Assembly (NCBI GenBank): GCA_965208575.1
Contig: CBDBOV010000006.1
Location: 1,312,001 to 1,376,000, forward strand
Direction: 5' to 3'
Origin: Spirochaetia bacterium
GTDB taxonomy: Bacteria > Spirochaetota > Spirochaetia > SZUA-6 > Bin103
Length of the DNA: 64,000 nt
The first letter of the stretch is position 1. The number at the start of each line of letters is the position of its first letter. A program made the position numbers and the translations under genes. Under the pieces are notes generated by a model. It was not told the origin of the DNA. It did no database searches and was given only the letters and a program-made list of their open reading frames with translations. Shown here one piece after another: positions 59,530 through 64,000 of this stretch.

Positions 59530-61317
59530 TCACTTGCGCACGGCGTCGCAGAACACCAGATCCCAGCCGTGAAACACCACGATCAGGCCGATGAAACGCA
59601 CCGCCGGGAATTGCCGCGCCAGCCGTTCGTCCGCCAGATACCGCCTGAGCTGCGCCGTCGCCTCTCCGACCGCCGCCGCCACGCCGGCGTCGTCCGCCGA
59701 CTCGCTACGCGGCGCGCGCTCGGAACGCTGCAAGCGCCTGCGGCGATCAAGGTACTTGAGTTCGATCAGATAGCCGCGCCGCAGGTGTGGATAGCGAGCC
59801 ACCAGCGGCTCCAGCGCGATATCCGCATGGCCCTTGCCCAGTTCCGCCTCCGACCGGAACACGTAGTAGTCGGCCACGCTCAGGTACGCCGCCAGAAAGC
59901 CCTGTATCACCTTCTCGCCGGCGATGTAGTCGCGGATTCCCGTCTGCCGCGCGATCGCCTCGCTCAGGAACTCCAGCACGGGCCGCCATTCGCCCTCGGT
60001 CGCCATCCGAAGCATCAACTGCTCGAACCGGAACAGGTCGACCGAAAACACCTCCACGTCGCGGTAGGCATCGCGCAGGTAGCCGTACATCAGCCGCTTC
60101 ACGGTCTGGTTCGGGATCCCCAGCCGCGGTATCACTCCCTGCACGTCACGGATGCTCAGCAGACCGAAGTAGTGCATCAGGGACAGGAAGTTCTCCCGCT
60201 TGGTGAGGTCCTTCAGCGGAAAGCCGGGCTGGATGCGGGTGTCCACCTGCTCCTCGCCGATTACATTGCGCAGCAGGTCGAAGTTGCCGTTGAGCTGCCG
60301 GCCGGTCACCAGCAGGTGGCGCAGCTTGCCGTAGTCGATGCGCACGTTGGTGTCGATCAGGTATTCCGGTACCTCTCGGTTCGGAATCGAATGCTTCAGG
60401 TAGTAGAGCACCATGTCGGTGTTGTACAGGTCGGTCTCGGCTGCTTTGGCGAACCGGTAGCCGTTGTACCACTCGCCCATGATCCTCATGGCGGTGTCGA
60501 AGTCCTGGCTGAGCACCCCCAGCTCCCGGTAGGTCTCGACCAAGCGCCGCACCTCCGCCTCGGTGAAGCCGACCATCTCGTTGAAGTCCGGTTCCAGGCT
60601 GATGTTGGTGCCGATGTTGAAGCCGCTGGTGACGTCGTCCATGGTGATCGGCGACACCCCGGTGATGAACAGCCGTTCCAGGCCGCCTCCGCTGCGGTCC
60701 GCGCCGGACTTCAGGGTGGCGAAGAAGTTGCGGTAGAAGCCGCCGCCGTGGGTGAAGGAGTGGTACGCCTCGGCGCCGTGGTACGCGAGCACCGTGTTGG
60801 CGAAGTTGTCGTACTCGTCGATCAGCACGTACAGCGGGATGTCATGGTCGCCCGCGTACCGGAACAACATGCTCAGCCTGGTGGCGATGGAGGGCGGCGC
60901 CAGGATGCGCTGCCGCGCCGCCTCGGGAAACAGGTCGGGATGGCGCTCCAGCGTTCCCTCAAGTTCGATCAGGCAGTAGGCCTCGAACTCCCGCTCCAGG
61001 GTTTCCAGCTTGTCGTTGACCGCCGAGAAGTTGAAGCGCAGGGTGACGTAGCGGCTCTGTTCCCCGGTCGGGTTGCGCCCGATGTCGGTGCCGGCAAAGG
61101 AGGCGTCGAAGTCGCCGGCCCAGAAGCGGTCGTAGTAGTTTTCCAGCAGCGACACCCACAGCGACTTGCCGAACCGCCGCGGACGGATCAGGAAGGCGTA
61201 GTGCTCCTCCTCTAGGCGGCGCAGGAAGCGGGTCTTGTCCACGTACAGCCACCGGCGCAGACGGATGCGCCGGAAGTCGGCCTGACCGTAGGGAATGTGC
61301 GGGTAGGCGGGGGGCAT
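59530..61317 (-). CDS. AAA-ATPase-like + PD-(D/E)XK nuclease (PDDEXK_9-type) protein
   Basis: IPYGQADF, YVDKT, RPRRFGKS, LIDEYD, FITGVSP, WYNGYRF, SEAELGKGHADI, LIELKY. Confidence 0.92.
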   Translation of the reverse strand: MPPAYPHIPYGQADFRRIRLRRWLYVDKTRFLRRLEEEHYAFLIRPRRFGKSLWVSLLENYYDRFWAGDFDASFAGTDIGRNPTGEQSRYVTLRFNFSAVNDKLETLEREFEAYCLIELEGTLERHPDLFPEAARQRILAPPSIATRLSMLFRYAGDHDIPLYVLIDEYDNFANTVLAYHGAEAYHSFTHGGGFYRNFFATLKSGADRSGGGLERLFITGVSPITMDDVTSGFNIGTNISLEPDFNEMVGFTEAEVRRLVETYRELGVLSQDFDTAMRIMGEWYNGYRFAKAAETDLYNTDMVLYYLKHSIPNREVPEYLIDTNVRIDYGKLRHLLVTGRQLNGNFDLLRNVIGEEQVDTRIQPGFPLKDLTKRENFLSLMHYFGLLSIRDVQGVIPRLGIPNQTVKRLMYGYLRDAYRDVEVFSVDLFRFEQLMLRMATEGEWRPVLEFLSEAIARQTGIRDYIAGEKVIQGFLAAYLSVADYYVFRSEAELGKGHADIALEPLVARYPHLRRGYLIELKYLDRRRRLQRSERAPRSESADDAGVAAAVGEATAQLRRYLADERLARQFPAVRFIGLIVVFHGWDLVFCDAVRK

Positions 61318-61460
61318 GTTCAATACCGTAGCCTGAGCACTGACTCTATCGTTCCGAGAAGCGAAAGGCAATTGACGTTACTGCCAGAACTGCCAGTGCC
61401 ACCTCGGAGGCGCGGCGTGGCGCTACTGTAGCCGCCTGCTCAACGATCAACAGCGTGGGG

Positions 61461-61847
61461 ATGAACAGCAGCAGTCGCCGGACCGACGAGGAGGCGTGGC
61501 CGCAGTTGCTGCTGCAGGCGTACCTGCAGCGGGTGGTGAACGGCGGCGGCCGCATCGAGCGGGAGTACGCGCTCGGGAGCGGGCGGGTGGACCTGCTGAT
61601 CGTGTGGCCGCTGGCCGACCGGGTGCCGGAGTTCCTGGTGGAGTGCAAGGTGGTGCGCGCGCACGACGGGCTGGACAGCGTGGTGGACGAGGGCGTGCAG
61701 CAGACCGCGCGCTACGTGGACCGCTGCGCGGCGGAGGCGGGGCACCTGGTCGTGATCGACCGGCGCGAAAACCGGAGCTGGGAGGAGAAGGTATTTCACC
61801 TCCGGCGCGACGGCGGTGCGGTCCCGGTCGACGTGTGGGGCATGTGA
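61461..61847 (+). pseudogene. C-terminal PD-(D/E)XK-like fragment of an ATP-binding protein
   Basis: EAWPQLLLQAYLQRVVNGGGRIEREYALGSGRVDLL...VECK...VDVWGM; the ATPase domain is missing. Confidence 0.75.
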
Positions 61848-61977
61848 CCGCCGTGAGGAGCTGAGCTTCACACGCTTGCGCCCGCGCCTCCGCGCCCCAC
61901 CAATGGCGTGCTGTCATAGGCAGCATGAAGTGTTATCATGACGCAGCACACCAGACAACGGGAGGCGAGGTGCACTG

Positions 61978-62226
61978 ATGGTACGAACCCAGATCCAGTT
62001 GCCTGAAGAACTGGCTCAAAGAATCCGCGAAGTGGCGGACCACCAGCATACGTCCATGGCAGAGGTGATCAGACGCGCCGTCTCTGTCTTCTTCGAGACA
62101 TCTCCCCAGGTCGACCGGAAAGCACGCTACGAGCGCGCAGCCGCTGCTGCAGGCGCGTTCAGCTCCGGACGCTCGGATCTTTCGCGCTGCCATGATCGCC
62201 ACTTCGCTGAAGCATCCGAAGCATGA
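61978..62226 (+). CDS. CopG/RHH antitoxin
   Basis: MVRTQIQL...SMAEVIRRAV...GAFSSGRSDLSRCHDRH; RBS GAGG. Confidence 0.85.
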   Translation: MVRTQIQLPEELAQRIREVADHQHTSMAEVIRRAVSVFFETSPQVDRKARYERAAAAAGAFSSGRSDLSRCHDRHFAEASEA

Positions 62227-62369
62227 CCTGCTTCGTGGACACGTCGGCGCTGCTCGCCGTGATGGACAAGGACGACGCCGTCCACGAAGAAGCAAAGGCA
62301 CTGTGGGAGCGGCTCACCGCGCAACAAGCCACCCTGTTTATGTCGTCACGGCGCATCAGGCGCCTGTGA
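62223..62369 (+). pseudogene. Truncated VapC PIN toxin
   Basis: MTCFVDTSALLAVMDKDDAVHEEAKALWERL..., stop after 48 aa. Confidence 0.78.
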
Positions 62370-62428
62370 TACACTTCGCACCGTAGCGCCGGACAAACCG
62401 GCCGTCGCCAAGCGAGGATCGCATCCAG

Positions 62429-62584
62429 GCGTTCGTTCAACACCGCGGGTCCCGTCAATCCGACCGATCACTACCTGATCGCGCCGCTGTCGAGGATCGA
62501 CCTCGACGACGTGCTCGGCCTGGTGAGGTATTCCACCTCCGGCGCGACGGCGGTGCGGTCCCGGTCGACGTGTGGGGCATGTGA
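62429..62584 (+). pseudogene. Internally deleted ATP-binding gene (N-terminus fused to C-terminus)
   Basis: RSFNTAGPVNPTDHYLIAPLSRIDLDDVLGLVR is joined near 62527 to ggtatt.cacctccggcgcgacggcggtgcggtcccggtcgacgtgtggggcatgtga, the same tail as 61790-61847. Confidence 0.72.
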
Positions 62585-62611
62585 AGCGATCCGCGAATCT
62601 CTGCCGATCAC

Positions 62612-64000
62612 CCCTATTGCCTCACGTAAAAATCTAACCTTACGGTGAGCGTGCCTCACGTAAGAATCTAACCGAAAGGGAGGCGGAGAACGAGGGGGGA
62701 GCGCGAGGGGGGAGACTCATAAATTGTGGATAAGTGGATAGGCTGCTGGGCGACCGGCCGGGTTGATTCAAGCACACCAACGCGACCGGGGGCGTATCTG
62801 GTTGGTCGGCGCGGATGAGGAGGCGTCAACGGCAGGGAGGTGGTCGGTGCCGTGTCGTGTCGCTGACCGAAGAGGGGGCGGACGGGTCTGGAGGCGACTT
62901 CGGTGCTGGTGACACGGGGATGTCCAGACACCACCTCGTGTCGCGGAGAGGCCTTACAGCGCGGCTGAGGCGACATTTCTTGACGCCGACCGTCTGGCTC
63001 ACGGATATACGGGCGTCAGAGACGCTCAGAAGTCATTTGCCGAGCCGGGTGATGCCGCCCACGCCGCGAGCGGCGCGCAGGTTGCTGCGGAGCGCACGGA
63101 GCGAGGCGCCCCGGACAACTGCACCGAGGTGCGTTGCCCGGGGCAGGGTCATGACAATTCCCCACCGCCGGGACGGGGTAGGCGACGAGGTTGCGACACC
63201 GGAGCCGTCGGGATCGAACGGGGCGGAGGAGATGCTGTACCCCGCTGACGGACGGAGGGCGTAGCCCGACCGGAGTCAGCCGGCGCGGTGCCGTGGAGGC
63301 CACCGTGGACGACGCCGAGATGGCGGACCAGGCAGCCAAGCTGCTCGCTTCCGGGATGAGCGGCTCAGCCTGCGCTCGCGAACTCGGCATCCCGGTGAGC
63401 ACCTTCAACGAGAACCGCCGCGCCGGCGTCATCACAGATCCCACCCGGGAGCCCGCCGCCAGCGCCGAGGTTGCGCCGGCGGCCACCACCACTGATCACC
63501 CGGTCAGCACCGCCGCCGCGGTCAGCGACCCGGCGGTCGCCACTGAGCGCGCCAGCCGCGACGCCCGCGACAAGCACGCGCCCATGGGCCGCGCGGCGCG
63601 CGACGTGGAACGCCGCACGCTCGCCAGAGCCGGCCTGCTGACCGAGGCCACACCAGCGTTCGTCGAGCCCGCCCACGCGGTCGCTGGCGGCGGCGTGCTG
63701 GCCGCACTGGCGATGCTGCTGCGCGAGGGCCTGCTCACCGCCGCCAACCGCCTGTTCCGCCTGCCGGCCGGATTCTACGGCCTGACCACCATCCTCCTGT
63801 TCGTCGCCTGCATGACCCTGGCCCGGGTGCGCAACCCCGAGAGCCTGCGCTACCAGGCACCCGGCGAGTGGGGCGCCATCCTCGGCCTCGACCGCTGTCC
63901 GGAGACCAAGACGCTGCGCCGCAAGATCAGGCTGCTGGCCAGCGCCGAGCACACCGTGCGCGATTGGCAATCGGTACTGGCGCGTACCTGGGCCAGCGAG
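62612..64000 (-). mobile_element. Second, inverted copy of the 46798-50590 element (partial, runs off the window)
   Basis: Reverse complement of 49202-50590; identical ORF translations (e.g. 50226-50534 and 62668-62976). Confidence 0.92.
63191..64000 (+). CDS. Putative transposase (passenger), partial copy
   Basis: Mirror image of 49202-50011; contains GEWGAILGLDRCPETKTLR. Confidence 0.75.
   Translation, partial: MRHRSRRDRTGRRRCCTPLTDGGRSPTGVSRRGAVEATVDDAEMADQAAKLLASGMSGSACARELGIPVSTFNENRRAGVITDPTREPAASAEVAPAATTTDHPVSTAAAVSDPAVATERASRDARDKHAPMGRAARDVERRTLARAGLLTEATPAFVEPAHAVAGGGVLAALAMLLREGLLTAANRLFRLPAGFYGLTTILLFVACMTLARVRNPESLRYQAPGEWGAILGLDRCPETKTLRRKIRLLASAEHTVRDWQSVLARTWASE

Noticed and set aside
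59378-62584. Tail repeats as a CRISPR array or integron attC sites
   Set aside because: Spacing is 0.7-2.4 kb, the repeat is protein-coding, there is no attC-like palindrome, and no cas or intI gene is present.
1-64000. tRNA, rRNA, CRISPR, prophage
   Set aside because: No cloverleaf-like or rRNA-like segments, regularly spaced repeats or phage structural genes were recognised by eye; tRNAscan-SE/Infernal would be needed to exclude small RNAs.

Overview
GC-rich bacterial chromosomal window. The solute-binding-protein signal peptides (LWAAGAEEE, AFASGDSDE) and the gene repertoire suggest a Spirochaetaceae-like, possibly sponge-associated organism; this is inference only. The metabolic backbone comprises a molybdenum-hydroxylase accessory cluster (coxM/coxS-like, MoaD, xdhC, mocA), pncA-pncB NAD salvage, an IorAB/NicAB-type hydroxylase, a heterodimeric ABC exporter, peptide and sugar ABC importers, several oxidoreductases, two PhyH dioxygenases, a sirtuin and a thioredoxin/CcdA pair. 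Accessory DNA is interleaved throughout: about 7 intact or broken type II toxin-antitoxin loci, an HTH-ImmA/IrrE gene, an OLD-like ABC-ATPase/TOPRIM gene, a coupled two-ATPase operon ending in about ten 43-aa TPR-like repeats (the best candidate for an undescribed defence/sensing system), a hypothetical+MazG pair and an AAA-ATPase/PD-(D/E)XK gene. A 3.8-kb DDE element carries a second, broken transposase, and an inverted copy of it starts 12 kb downstream. Sequence-level oddities include three direct copies of one ATPase gene tail bracketing cassettes, several genes reduced to N-terminus fused to C-terminus, a ~570-bp duplication flanking a lower-GC ABC/vapBC block, a shared motif upstream of three NAD-related genes, and many in-frame Ala/Pro-rich expansions in enzymes. 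No rRNA, tRNA or CRISPR array was seen. All family calls come from motif recognition by eye; no searches were run.
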